From an uncultured delta proteobacterium (GTDB lineage Bacteria > Desulfobacterota > Binatia > DP-6): 64,000 bases of DNA. The translations under genes and the position numbers were made by a program. The notes beneath the pieces were generated by a model that saw only the letters and a program-made list of their open reading frames with translations, did not search any database and was not told the DNA's origin. The stretch covers positions 160,001 through 224,000 of the forward strand of contig CAWFFN010000009.1 of NCBI GenBank assembly GCA_963815115.1. The letters run 5' to 3'. Of the stretch, positions 47,958-57,900 are shown in pieces. How positions within the stretch are numbered: position 1 is the first letter of the stretch; each line of letters begins with the position of its first letter.

Positions 47958-48773
47958 GTGGAACTCACCGGCAAGGTTGCCCTGGTCACCGGCGCGGCAC
48001 GCGGGCTCGGGCGCGCCACCGCCGTCGCGCTCGCGCGCGCGGGCTGCGACGTCGCGGTCTCGGACCTCGCGCGCGCCGGCGATGGCGTGACGCCCTATCG
48101 CCTCGCCTCGAACGACGATCTGGAGGCGACGGCGGCGGAGGTCGAGCGCGTCGGGCGACGGAGCGTCGCGCTCCACGCCGACGTCAGCGTCGCCGACGAC
48201 GTCGGCCGCCTCGTGGCCACCGTCGTGGAGCGGCTGGGTGGTCTCGACGTGCTCGTCGCCAACGCGGGCATCATCGCCGCCGCCCCGGTAGCGGCGATGG
48301 ACGAAGCGGCCTGGGACCGCATCTTCGCCGTCAACGTGAAGGGTGTCTTCCTGTGCGCGCGGGCCGCCATTCCCCACCTGGCGCAGCGCGGCGCCGGTCG
48401 GATCGTCAACGTGGCGTCGGTGGCGGGCAAGACGGGCCGTGCCGGGCTCTCCGCCTACTGTGCCTCGAAGGCGGCGGTGATCTCGCTGACCCAGGCGCTC
48501 GCCGAGGAGCTCGGGCCGGTCGGGGTGGCGGTGAACGCGCTCTGTCCCGGGTACATCCAGACGGCGATGTGGACCGAGGTGCTCAACCCGGTGCTGGCCG
48601 GCATGCTGGGCGTGCCGTCCGATCGTGTGTTCCAGGACTTCGTCCAGCGCACCACGTATCTCAAGCGCGAGCAGACCCCGGAGGAGATCGCGGACGCCGC
48701 GGTCTACCTCTGCCGCGCCGAGAACGTGACCGGCATCACCCTCACGATCGCCGGGGGGGGCGAGGTGCACTGA
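47958..48773 (+). CDS. Short-chain dehydrogenase/reductase (mycofactocin-SDR-like insertion)
   Basis: TGAARGLG, ANAGI, YCASK; insertion DGVTPYRLASNDDLEAT after beta2. Confidence 0.87.
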   Translation: MELTGKVALVTGAARGLGRATAVALARAGCDVAVSDLARAGDGVTPYRLASNDDLEATAAEVERVGRRSVALHADVSVADDVGRLVATVVERLGGLDVLVANAGIIAAAPVAAMDEAAWDRIFAVNVKGVFLCARAAIPHLAQRGAGRIVNVASVAGKTGRAGLSAYCASKAAVISLTQALAEELGPVGVAVNALCPGYIQTAMWTEVLNPVLAGMLGVPSDRVFQDFVQRTTYLKREQTPEEIADAAVYLCRAENVTGITLTIAGGGEVH

Positions 48774-48994
48774 TGGCGCTCGCGGCCGTCACGCTTCCCG
48801 TCATCGAGCGCATCTTCGAGGTGCTCGATCGCCTGGGCATCTCGCGCGAGGCCGTCGTGATCCCGCTCAAGCCGGCGAGCCCGGGCGGCATCCGGCGGCT
48901 CCCGAACGGCAAGCTCGAGATCACCGTCGACGCCGACACGCCCCTCGACGCCTGGCTGCCCGACCTCGAGGAGCGCTTGCGGGCGCTCGCCTAG
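48773..48994 (+). CDS. Small hypothetical protein (73 aa)
   Basis: TGATG coupling to the SDR gene; typical codon usage. Confidence 0.7.
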   Translation: MALAAVTLPVIERIFEVLDRLGISREAVVIPLKPASPGGIRRLPNGKLEITVDADTPLDAWLPDLEERLRALA

Positions 48995-49113
48995 GAGAGC
49001 GCCCCGAGACTTCGTCTCGGGTCGCAAGCGGAGGCGAGCGTGTGGCGTTCGGCGAATCGAGCGGACGCCGTGCCGCGGCCGGCAAAGCCGGCGCGGCAAC
49101 CGTGGCATGCCCA
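48994..49113 (+). repeat. Same palindromic repeat family, copy 3
   Basis: Starts right at a CTAG stop; CCCGAGAC-TTC-GTCTCGGG hairpin plus GCCGCGGCCGGCAAAGCCGGCGCGGC. Confidence 0.8.
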
Positions 49114-49191
49114 GGGTTCCGTCCCGATCCGTCTCCTGCGCCGGGGGGTCACGACCCGATCCTGGCACTGGGGCCGGCTGCGCCGAGTCTT

Positions 49192-50232
49192 TCAATCGGG
49201 ACCCGGCTGCACGAAGGCGGCGATGGCGTCGACGACCCCGTCGGCGAGCGGGTACCCCTCGTCGGCATAGGTGGACGCGACCTGGCCCGGAGCGAGGGAG
49301 GCGGGATCGCGTGTCTCCCGTTTGAAGACGTGATTGGCGCCCGCGATCACCTGCCTGGTCTTCGCCCCCGGCTTCGACCCGAGCGCGTCGAAGAGGCGAT
49401 CGCCGTCCGCGCGCGAGACCTGGGCATCGTGTGCGGCGGAGAGCACGAGCGCCCGTCCGTGGTACGCGCGCGCCGGCTCGAGCGGGTCGGCGAGCAGCAG
49501 CTCGCGCACCACCTTCGCCTGCTGCGGACCCGTCGCCTGCATCCATAGCAGGCGAGCTTCGGGCACGCGTGCCATGTCGGGAGGCCGTGCATCGGGCAGC
49601 TTCCGCACCGCCTCCCGGAAGGCGGCGAGCTCGTCCTCCACCACCGCCATGTCGCCGCCTGCCTTCCGATGCAGGTCCCGGATCTGGCCGATCGCAGTCT
49701 CGAGGAGGCTCCGCGACGGTCCGGCCATGCTGATCAACCCGCCGAATCGCGCCGAGTCCTGCCTGGCGACGGCCGCCGAGGTCATGTGCAGGGAGCCCTC
49801 GCTGTGGCCCAGGAGGGACACCGTGCCGCACTCGGGGCGCGCGGCGAGGAAGTCGAAGGCGGCCGAGGCCTCCTCGACGTAGTGGGCGAGGGAGAGGACA
49901 TCGAGGTTGCCCTCGTTCGTCCCCGAGCCCACCTTGTCGAAGCGGAGCGAGCCGATGTTCCGGGCGGCGAGGCTGTCGGCGAGCTGCCTCGCACTGCCGT
50001 TCCGCCCCGGCAACATGGGCGAGAGCCAGTCCCGGTCCGTCGGACCGCTGCCCGCGAAGAACACGATGCAGGGAACGGGCGCGGTCGTTTCGGGGATCAC
50101 GAGGGTCGCCGGCAGGGACCACGGCGCGCCGGAAGCCCGGATGACGACGGGCTCGTTCACGGCCGCGTGCGCCGGCGCCGCTGCGAAGGCGCGGAGGGCG
50201 ACGAGCAGGACGACGGACGACGTGGCGAGCAC
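49192..50232 (-). CDS. Secreted alpha/beta hydrolase
   Basis: Signal peptide (..APAHA), GSGPTDRD, RFDK, GHSEG, GANHVFK. Start uncertain. Confidence 0.82.
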   Translation of the reverse strand: MLATSSVVLLVALRAFAAAPAHAAVNEPVVIRASGAPWSLPATLVIPETTAPVPCIVFFAGSGPTDRDWLSPMLPGRNGSARQLADSLAARNIGSLRFDKVGSGTNEGNLDVLSLAHYVEEASAAFDFLAARPECGTVSLLGHSEGSLHMTSAAVARQDSARFGGLISMAGPSRSLLETAIGQIRDLHRKAGGDMAVVEDELAAFREAVRKLPDARPPDMARVPEARLLWMQATGPQQAKVVRELLLADPLEPARAYHGRALVLSAAHDAQVSRADGDRLFDALGSKPGAKTRQVIAGANHVFKRETRDPASLAPGQVASTYADEGYPLADGVVDAIAAFVQPGPD

Positions 50233-50266
50233 GCCGCGGCGCGTGCTACACGCGTGCGCTGCCGCC

Positions 50267-51205
50267 ATGTCGGTCACCGTTCGCCCGATCCGCGAAGACG
50301 ACCTCGCCGCCGTCGAGCGCGTCTTCCGGCTCGCGTTCGGCACCCACGTCGGCCTCCCGGATCCGCTCACGTTCGCGGGTGATTCCGACTGGACGCGCAC
50401 CCGCTGGCTGGCGACTCCGGAGGCCGCCTTCGTCGCCGAGCGCGATGGCGAGATCGTGGGCTCGAACTTCGCGACGCGCTGGGGAAGCGTGGCCACGTTC
50501 GGCCCGCTCAGCGTCCGGCCCGACTGCTGGGACCAGGGCGTCGCGCAGCGGCTGCTCGCGCCGGTGATGGACCGCTTCGAGGCCTGGGGCATCCGGCATG
50601 CCGGGCTCTATACCTTTGCCCAGAGCCCGAAGCATGTGAACCTGTACGCCAAGTACGGCTTCTGGCCCGGGCCGCTGATGGCCGTCATGGAGAAGGGTCC
50701 GGGAGCGGCGGCCGGCGGCGCGCTCGAGCGCTACTCGACGGTGCCTCTCGTGGAGCGTGCCGAGGTCCTCGCCGCGTGCCGCCGCGTGACCGATGCCGTG
50801 TGCGAGGGGCTCGACCTCGCCAGCGAGATCGCCGCGGTCCATCGTGAGGGCTTCGGAGACACCGTGATCGTGCGAGAGGGCCAGGAGCTCGCGGGATTCG
50901 CGGTCTGTCACGTGGGCCCCGGGACGGAGGCCGGCAGCGGAAGCTGTTACGTGAAGTTCGCCGCCGTCGCCCCCTGCGCGCGCGCGCCGATGCTTCTGGA
51001 GAGGCTCCTCGCCGCGTGTGAGGGTTTTGCGAAGTTCCGAGGCAGCCCGTCACTGGTTGCCGGCGTCAGCATGGGGCGTGCGTCCGCCTACCGCGCTCTC
51101 CGGACGAGCGGCTTTCGCACCATCCTCCAGGGAGTCACCATGCACCGGCCGAGCTCCGCCCCCTACCACGACGCGGATGACTTGGTGCTGGACGACTGGC
51201 GCTGA
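50267..51205 (+). CDS. Tandem GNAT N-acetyltransferase
   Basis: FGPLSVRPDCWDQGVA, LYAKYGF, second GNAT half, ends LDDWR. Confidence 0.82.
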   Translation: MSVTVRPIREDDLAAVERVFRLAFGTHVGLPDPLTFAGDSDWTRTRWLATPEAAFVAERDGEIVGSNFATRWGSVATFGPLSVRPDCWDQGVAQRLLAPVMDRFEAWGIRHAGLYTFAQSPKHVNLYAKYGFWPGPLMAVMEKGPGAAAGGALERYSTVPLVERAEVLAACRRVTDAVCEGLDLASEIAAVHREGFGDTVIVREGQELAGFAVCHVGPGTEAGSGSCYVKFAAVAPCARAPMLLERLLAACEGFAKFRGSPSLVAGVSMGRASAYRALRTSGFRTILQGVTMHRPSSAPYHDADDLVLDDWR

Positions 51206-51353
51206 AACGCTGCCGGTCCGAAGCCCGTCGGTCCGTTCATCGAGCCCTCCGGTCGGATCGGCTGCTTTCCTGTTGCCCCCGGCGTGCCGGCGATGGCAGT
51301 AATGCCGGTCACCTAGACCCCCCGCATCGCCGGGCACGGAGGAGGACGACAGC

Positions 51354-51926
51354 ATGGCCGAGCAGCAGGCACCACCCGAGAACGTGACCCCCGAGCAGTT
51401 CTTCGAGCAGCTCCTGCCCGCGGGTTTCGCGGCCCAGAAGGAGGGCGGCGCCACCGTGCCGCAGGACTTCAGCATGCAGTACAACGTCACCGGCTCCGGC
51501 GGCGGCGACTGGCACGTCGAGATCAAGGACGGGAAGATGACCACGAAGAAGGGCAGCGCCGACGCCGTCCTCACCTTCAAGCTCTCGATCGACGACTTCC
51601 TCGACGCCGTCCTCTCCCGCAACGGCGCGGCGCCGGCGGTGCTGCTGCCGGCGAACCGCCCGGGCCGCCCCGACAACAGCGGGCGTGCCAAGACGCTGAA
51701 GGGGACCATCGCACAGGAGCTGGCGCGCGAGGGCGCCGACCCGTTCAAGCTCGAGATGACCTTCAACGGCGCCGCCACGCCGCGCACGGTGCTCAAGATG
51801 AAGCTGGCCGACTTCGTGGCGATGCAGGAGGGACGGCTGAACGGGCAGGAGGCGTTCATGACCGGCCGGCTGCGCATCGAGGGCGACATGGCCTTCATGA
51901 TGCAGGTGGCCGCGCTCACGGCCTGA
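51354..51926 (+). CDS. Protein with tandem SCP2 (sterol-carrier) domains
   Basis: QYNVTGSGGGDWHV..ADAVLT and LNGQEAFMTGRLRIEGDM; strong GGAGGAGG RBS. Confidence 0.82.
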   Translation: MAEQQAPPENVTPEQFFEQLLPAGFAAQKEGGATVPQDFSMQYNVTGSGGGDWHVEIKDGKMTTKKGSADAVLTFKLSIDDFLDAVLSRNGAAPAVLLPANRPGRPDNSGRAKTLKGTIAQELAREGADPFKLEMTFNGAATPRTVLKMKLADFVAMQEGRLNGQEAFMTGRLRIEGDMAFMMQVAALTA

Positions 51927-51928
51927 TC

Positions 51929-52546
51929 CTGCACGAACGCCTGCTCACCATCGGCGCGGCGCCTCGCGCGCTCGAGGCGCTGCTCGCCGCTCCGTCGACC
52001 GCGCCACTCGGCGCCGCGGTGGTCTGCCATCCGCATCCCGAGTACGGCGGCGAGATGCACACCCCGGTGGTCGAGGCGACCGCGCGGGCGCTGGTGGGCG
52101 CTGGCTGGACGACGCTGCGCTTCAACTTCGGCGGCGTGGGGCGCAGCGGCGGCTCGTACAGCGGCGGCCCGGAAGAGGTCCGCGACGTGGCCACCGCGCT
52201 GCACGCCGTGGCCGACGTCGTCCCGCCCGGTACGCCGCGACTCGTCGCGGGCTACTCCTTCGGAGCCTGGGCCGGCGCCATGGCGGCTCGCGACTTCGAC
52301 GGCCTGCATCGAGTTGTCGCGGTGGCGCCGCCGCTCGCGTTCTTCGACTGGCGCTTCGCCGAGACCCTGCGAGCGCCGCTGGTCGTGGTCGTCGGGGACC
52401 GCGACCAGTACTGTCCGCGAACCCGGCTGGCCGACCTGATGGCGAGCTGTGGCGGTCGTGCCAGGCTCACGACCATCGCCGGCGGCGATCATTTCCTGGC
52501 CGGACGCGAGGACGACGTGGCCGCGGCGGTGCGCGCCGCCCTCTGA
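51929..52546 (+). CDS. Alpha/beta hydrolase (CHPHP family)
   Basis: VCHPHPEYGG, LRFNFGGVG, GYSFG, GDRD, DHF. Coding-like sequence extends upstream of 52019 to CTG 51929. Confidence 0.82.
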   Translation: MHERLLTIGAAPRALEALLAAPSTAPLGAAVVCHPHPEYGGEMHTPVVEATARALVGAGWTTLRFNFGGVGRSGGSYSGGPEEVRDVATALHAVADVVPPGTPRLVAGYSFGAWAGAMAARDFDGLHRVVAVAPPLAFFDWRFAETLRAPLVVVVGDRDQYCPRTRLADLMASCGGRARLTTIAGGDHFLAGREDDVAAAVRAAL

Positions 52547-52565
52547 GAGGCCAGCGCGACCGGCA

Positions 52566-53129
52566 ATGCTCCCCGAGGGCTTCACCTTGGTACCGGGCGT
52601 GTTCGACCCGGCGGTCGGCTCGGCGCACCTCGTCGCCCTCCTGGACGAGCTCGCCTGGGAATCCCAGCAGTTCACGATCTACGGCCGCACCATGCCGATG
52701 CCGCGCCTCATCGCCATGTATGGACCGGCCGGCTACCGCTACTCGGGGGTCGTGCACCCTCCGCGCGCGCTGACGCCGCGCCTCGAGTCGATCGGTCGCT
52801 CCGTCACCGCAGTCACGGGCCGAGCCTTCAACTCCGTGCTCGCCAACCTCTACCGCGACGGCCGCGACTCCGTGGGATGGCACCGCGACAGCGACTACCT
52901 CCACGGCGGCCAGCCGGACATCGCGTCGGTGAGCTTCGGGGCGACACGCACCTTCGAGCTCCGCGATGCCGACGGACGGGAGCGCTGTGCGCTCGAGATC
53001 GAATCCGGGAGCGTGCTCCTCATGACCGGCACGGCCGTCGCGCGCTGGTGGCACCGCGTGCCGAAGACGCGCACGGCCGTCGGGCCGCGCGTGAACCTGA
53101 CGTTCCGCCACATGGTCGCGCACGCGTGA
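52566..53129 (+). CDS. AlkB-family 2OG-Fe(II) dioxygenase
   Basis: PRLIA, FNSVLANLYRDGRDSVGWHRD, IASVSFG, HRVPK, RVNLTFR. Confidence 0.9.
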   Translation: MLPEGFTLVPGVFDPAVGSAHLVALLDELAWESQQFTIYGRTMPMPRLIAMYGPAGYRYSGVVHPPRALTPRLESIGRSVTAVTGRAFNSVLANLYRDGRDSVGWHRDSDYLHGGQPDIASVSFGATRTFELRDADGRERCALEIESGSVLLMTGTAVARWWHRVPKTRTAVGPRVNLTFRHMVAHA

Positions 53130-53227
53130 GCCGGGCGCCGGATCGGCGCGTGCTGATCGTCAGCGGCCCCGGGTCGTAGGCGGTACGAGGACCAGCTCTC
53201 CCAAGGGCGCGCGCGGACGGGCCGTCG

Positions 53228-54481
53228 TCAGCCCGTCACCTCGGCGAGCCGTCGCTCAAGGAACCGGCGCTCCGCCTCCTGGCGGGTGAGGACGAGAGCA
53301 CGCTCGTAGGACGCTCGCGCCTCCTCCGTCCTTCCCAGGCGCCGGCACAGGTCGGCACGCGCCGAATGGGCGAAGCGGTACTCCGCCAGCTCGCCGCGGG
53401 CGAGCAGGGCATCGATGAGGACGAGACCGGCGAGAGGACCGTCACGCATGGCCACGGCCACCGCGCGGTTGAGCTCGACCACCGGCGACGGACCCGTCCG
53501 CAGGAGCACGTCGTACAGGCCGACGATCTGCGCCCAGTCCGTCGCGGCGGCGGCGGGTGCCGCCGCGTGGAGCGCGGCGATGGCCGCCTGCACCGTGTAC
53601 CGTCCGAACCGTCGCGATGCCAGGGCCCGCTCCACCAGCGCCACCCCCTCGGCGATCATTCCCCGATCCCACAGCGCACGATCCTGATCGTCGAGCAGGA
53701 TCAGCTCGCCGGTGGGCGACGTGCGCGCGCCGCGCCGGGATTCGTGCAGCAGCATCAGCGCCAGGAGTCCCATCGTCTCGGGCTCGGGCAGGAGATCGAG
53801 CAGCAGCTTCCCCAGGCGGATGGCCTCGCCGGAGAGATCGGCGCGCGTCAGCGATCCTCCGAGCGACGCGGAGTACCCCTCGTTGAAGACGAGGTAGATC
53901 ACGTGCAGGACGGTGTGCAGGCGGTCCGCGAGCTCGCTGCGCGCCGGTACCTGGTAGGGGATGCGCGCATCGCGGATCTTGGACTTGGCGCGCACGATCC
54001 GCTGCGCCACCGTGGGCGCTCCGGTGAGAAAGGCGCGCGCGATCTCCTCGGTGGTGAGGCCGCAGATCTCCCTCAGCGTCAGCGCCACCTGCGCGTCCGG
54101 CGGCAGGGCGGGATGGCAGCAGGTGAAGATCAGCCGGAGGCGGTCGTCTTCCACGTCGTCGACCTCTCGCGTCGCGGGATCGGCGCCCGCGGCATTGAGG
54201 CGCTCCGCGACGTCGCCGAGCGTGGCGTCGAAGCGAGCGCGGCGCCGGAGGGCGTCGATCGCCTTGAAGCGACCGGTCGAGACCAGCCACGCGCGCGGGT
54301 TGGCGGGGACGCCATCACGCGGCCACTGCTCGACGGCCGCCCTGAACGCATCGTGCAGCGCCTCCTCGGCGAGATCGAAGTCACCGAGCAGCCGGATGAG
54401 CGTGGCGAGGACGCGACGGGAATCCGAACGATAGACGGCGTCGACCTGCCGGCGCGCCAGCTCGACCGTATCCCCGTTCAC
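53228..54481 (-). CDS. ECF sigma factor with C-terminal TPR-like extension (ECF42 type)
   Basis: LIRLLGDFDLAEEAL, DDRLRLIFTCCHPAL, YLVFNEGY, YTVQAAIAALH, TDWAQI, SPVVELNRAVA; downstream of a DGPF gene. Confidence 0.9.
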   Translation of the reverse strand: MNGDTVELARRQVDAVYRSDSRRVLATLIRLLGDFDLAEEALHDAFRAAVEQWPRDGVPANPRAWLVSTGRFKAIDALRRRARFDATLGDVAERLNAAGADPATREVDDVEDDRLRLIFTCCHPALPPDAQVALTLREICGLTTEEIARAFLTGAPTVAQRIVRAKSKIRDARIPYQVPARSELADRLHTVLHVIYLVFNEGYSASLGGSLTRADLSGEAIRLGKLLLDLLPEPETMGLLALMLLHESRRGARTSPTGELILLDDQDRALWDRGMIAEGVALVERALASRRFGRYTVQAAIAALHAAAPAAAATDWAQIVGLYDVLLRTGPSPVVELNRAVAVAMRDGPLAGLVLIDALLARGELAEYRFAHSARADLCRRLGRTEEARASYERALVLTRQEAERRFLERRLAEVTG

Positions 54482-54486
54482 GGCGG

Positions 54487-54837
54487 CTATTTGAGCTCCT
54501 TCACCGGACGAACCTCGATACCTCCCAGACGGGCCGGCGGGATCTTCGAGGCGATCTGGATCGCTTCGTTCAGGTCGCGCGCCTCGATGAGGACGAAGCC
54601 GCCGAGCCGCTCCTTCGTCTCGACGAAGGGACCATCGGTGGTGGAGACCTTCCCGTCCCGGACGCGCAGGCTCGTGGCCGTGTGTGCCGGCTGCAGGGCG
54701 TTGGCGGCGATGAAATGGCCGCCGCGCCGGAGCTCCTCGTCGTACGCGAGCGCCTCGGCGCTCAGCGCTTCGTGCTGGCTCCTGGTCATGGATTCGAGCG
54801 TCGCCTCGTCGACCCAGACCGTACACAGATACTTCAT
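54487..54837 (-). CDS. YciI/DGPF-family protein
   Basis: MKYL, TDGPFVETKERLGGF, IEVRP; GGAGGAGG RBS. Confidence 0.92.
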   Translation of the reverse strand: MKYLCTVWVDEATLESMTRSQHEALSAEALAYDEELRRGGHFIAANALQPAHTATSLRVRDGKVSTTDGPFVETKERLGGFVLIEARDLNEAIQIASKIPPARLGGIEVRPVKELK

Positions 54838-54883
54838 CGCGCCTCCTCCATCTATGGTGCGAGCGGGGTGTAGATACCAGATG

Positions 54884-54910
54884 GTCGTTCGAGCCGCCGA
54901 CATTTCGACG
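54884..54910 (-). promoter_or_regulatory. Putative ECF42-dependent promoter
   Basis: Minus strand reads CGTCGA-N17-CGAC, resembling the ECF42 consensus as I recall it (TGTCGA ... CGA/TC), upstream of the DGPF-sigma operon. Confidence 0.5.
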
Positions 54911-54991
54911 GGGCGCCGCTCGCGCGGGTTGACGCACGTGGTCCCGGGACGTAAGGCCGCGAACAGTGGACGATCCGAGCACGGCACGATC

Positions 54992-57900
54992 GTGACCTGC
55001 CCAGGCTGCGGACGCACGAGCCGACCCGGAGCCCGGTTCTGCAGCGGCTGCGGGACCTCGCTCGCCCCGCGCTGCCCGGCCTGCGACGCCGAGAACGAGG
55101 CCGACGCACGGTTCTGCGACGCCTGCGGCAGCGCCCTCTCGACGGTGGCCGCCCGCGACACCGTCGCCCGCAAGGTCGTCACCATCGTCTTCGCCGATCT
55201 GATCGGATCGACCTCGCTCCACGAGCGCCTCGACCCGGAGTCGGTCAACCGGATCATGGCGCGCTACCATCGCGCCGTCCGCGCTCCGGTCGAGGCCCAC
55301 GGCGGCACCGTGGTGCAGCGGCTCGGCGACGGCGTCATGTGCGCCTTCGGCGTGCCGCGGGTCGCCGAGGACGACGCCATCCGGGCGGTGCATGCCGCGG
55401 TCGCGATGCATCGCGCCTTCCGCGAGCTCGTCGAGGAGGAGCGCGCGGTGCTCGGCGGCGTCGGGCTCCGCGTCGCGGTCAACACCGGCGAGGTGGTGGT
55501 CACGGACGAGTACACCGCCGGGATCGGCGATCCCCTGAACGTCGCGGCGCGCCTGCAGCAGGAAGCTCGCGACGGCGACGTCCTCATCGGCGAGGCGACG
55601 GAGCGCCTGGTCCGCGACCAGGTCACGCTGGCCCGCGTGGGCACCTTCGCGCTCAAGGGGCGCGCCGAGACGGTGACGGCGTATCGCGTGGTCTCGCTGG
55701 ATCGCCCTGCGGGCGCAGCGACCGCCGCCTTCGTCGGCCGCGAGGACGAGCTCCGCCGCATCGCGGACGTCTACGAGGCCGCCGTCGCCGCGCCCGGCGC
55801 ACGGCTCGTCGTGATCCTGGGAGCGCCGGGTCTGGGCAAGTCGCGCCTGCTCGCGGAGCAGGCGCGCCGGCTCGAGTCGCGAGCGGTCGTCCTCACCGCC
55901 CGCTGTGAGGCCGCCGGTGGCCCGACGTTCGCGCCGCTCGCCGATGTCCTGCGGACGGTGCTCGGCGTCGGCGACGGCCCGGCCGATGACGCCATCCGGG
56001 CCGCCGTCACGGCGGTCCTGCCGGGCGACGAATCGCCCCGCATCGCCGACGGCATAGTGGCGCTTCTCGCCGGGCGCCCGGGATCGCCCGAGGAGACATT
56101 CTTCGTCATCCGCCGCCTCCTCGCGGCCGTCGCGGCGGCGCAGCCGGTGGTGCTCGCGATCGACGACCTGCAATGGGCGGAGCCGCTGCTCCTCGATCTG
56201 ACCGAGCACCTCGTGCAGTGGAGCACCAGCGTCCCGCTGCTCGTCCTGGCTGCCGCGCGCCCGGAGCTGCGCGACGTTCGCCCGTCGCTCACCGTGCCCG
56301 GCGGTCTCGTGGCCGACGTGGTGACGCTCGCCGGGCTCGACGCCGGCGCCGCGACGCGTCTCGCCGCGAACGTGATCGGCGCCGACGAGCTGCCCGCCGC
56401 GATCGCGGGTCGGGTCCTGGCGGCCAGCGAAGGCAATCCGCTCTTCGTCGGCGAGCTCGTGCGCATGCTCGTGCACGACGGCGCGCTCCGCCGGGAAGGC
56501 ACCCGCTGGACCATGGGGGTCGAGCTGGCCGACCTCGAGATGCCCCCAACCATCCACGCCCTCCTGGCGGCGCGCATCGAACGCCTCCATCACGACGACC
56601 GCAGCGTGCTCGAACGTGCCGCCGTCGTCGGACGGCAGTTCTCACGCGCCGCGATCGCGCACCTGGTGCCGCGCGAGATCGCGGACCTCGACGCCCGGCT
56701 GGAGTCGCTGCAGCGCAGCGAACTGATCGAGCCCGACGCGGCCTGGCTCTTCGGCGAGCCAGCGCTGCGCTTCCACCACAACCTGATCCGGGACGCCGCC
56801 TACCGTCGCCTGCTCAAGGGCACGCGAGCGGAGCTGCACGGCCGGGTCGCCGACTGGCTCGAGCTGCGCGCCGGTCACGCCGCCGAGCACGACGAGACCA
56901 TCGGGTGGCATCTCGAGCAGGCCCACCAGCACCTGCGCGAGCTCGGGCCGCTCGACGAACACGGCCGCGCGCTGGGCGAGCGCGCCGCGCGGTACCTCGG
57001 TGCGGCGGGCCGTCGGGCGCTTGCCCGTGACGACCTGTCGCTGGCCGCGAGCCTGCTCGGCCGCGCCATCGAGCGGCTCGACGCCGGAGACCCTGCCCGG
57101 GCCGACCTCGCCCTCGACTGGTGCGAGGCGCTGCTGGCCGCCGGCGACGTCGCTCCGGCGGCGAGCGCGATCGGCGAGCTCGCGCGATTCACCGGGAGCT
57201 CGGATCGCCTGGCGGCGTGGCACACGTGCTTCGCCGGACAGCTCGCCATCCTGACGGATCCGCAGACGCTGCGGGCCACGGCGGGAGCGGTAGCCAGCGC
57301 GGCCGACGTGCTCGGCGCGGCGGGGGACGCCGCCGGCGAGGCCAGGGCGCACGCCGTGCACGCGACGGCGCTCGCGCGCCTCGGCGAGTTCGGCGCGTGC
57401 GAGGCCGCGCTCGACCGGGCGCTCGCCGCCGCGCGCAGCGCGCACGATCGCCGGCGCGCGAACGCGATCCTGGCCGGCGCGCCGCAGGCCGCGCTGTGGG
57501 GACCGAGCCCGGTCACGCGTGCGAGCGGGCGCTGCCTCGACGTCGTGCGGGTGCTGCGCATCACGCGGGGCGCGCCGGCGGTCGAGGCCGCGGCGCTGCG
57601 TTGCCAGGCCGTGCTCGAGACGCTGCGCGCGCGTGCCGATGCGGGCCGGAGGATGATCGCGTCGTCACGCCACCTGGTGGAGGAGCTCGGCATCACGCAT
57701 CGGCTGCTCGAAGCCGAGGTGTCCGCCGGGTTGATCGAGCTGCTCGAGGAGGATGCTCCGGCCGCGGAGCGGTCGCTGCGTGCCGCCTACGACGGCCTGC
57801 GCGCCCACGGTCTGGCCATCGATGCGGCGCAGGCCGCGGCCCTGCTCGGCCGGGCGCTCCTGGCCCTCGGCCGCGCCGCCGAGGCGGAGGCCCTGAGCCA

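Noticed and set aside
46776-48773. Apparent acyl-CoA dehydrogenase-SDR fusion (665 aa)
   Set aside because: Artefact of the frameshift near 47160; gcdH ends at 47937 in another frame and the SDR has its own GTG at 47958.
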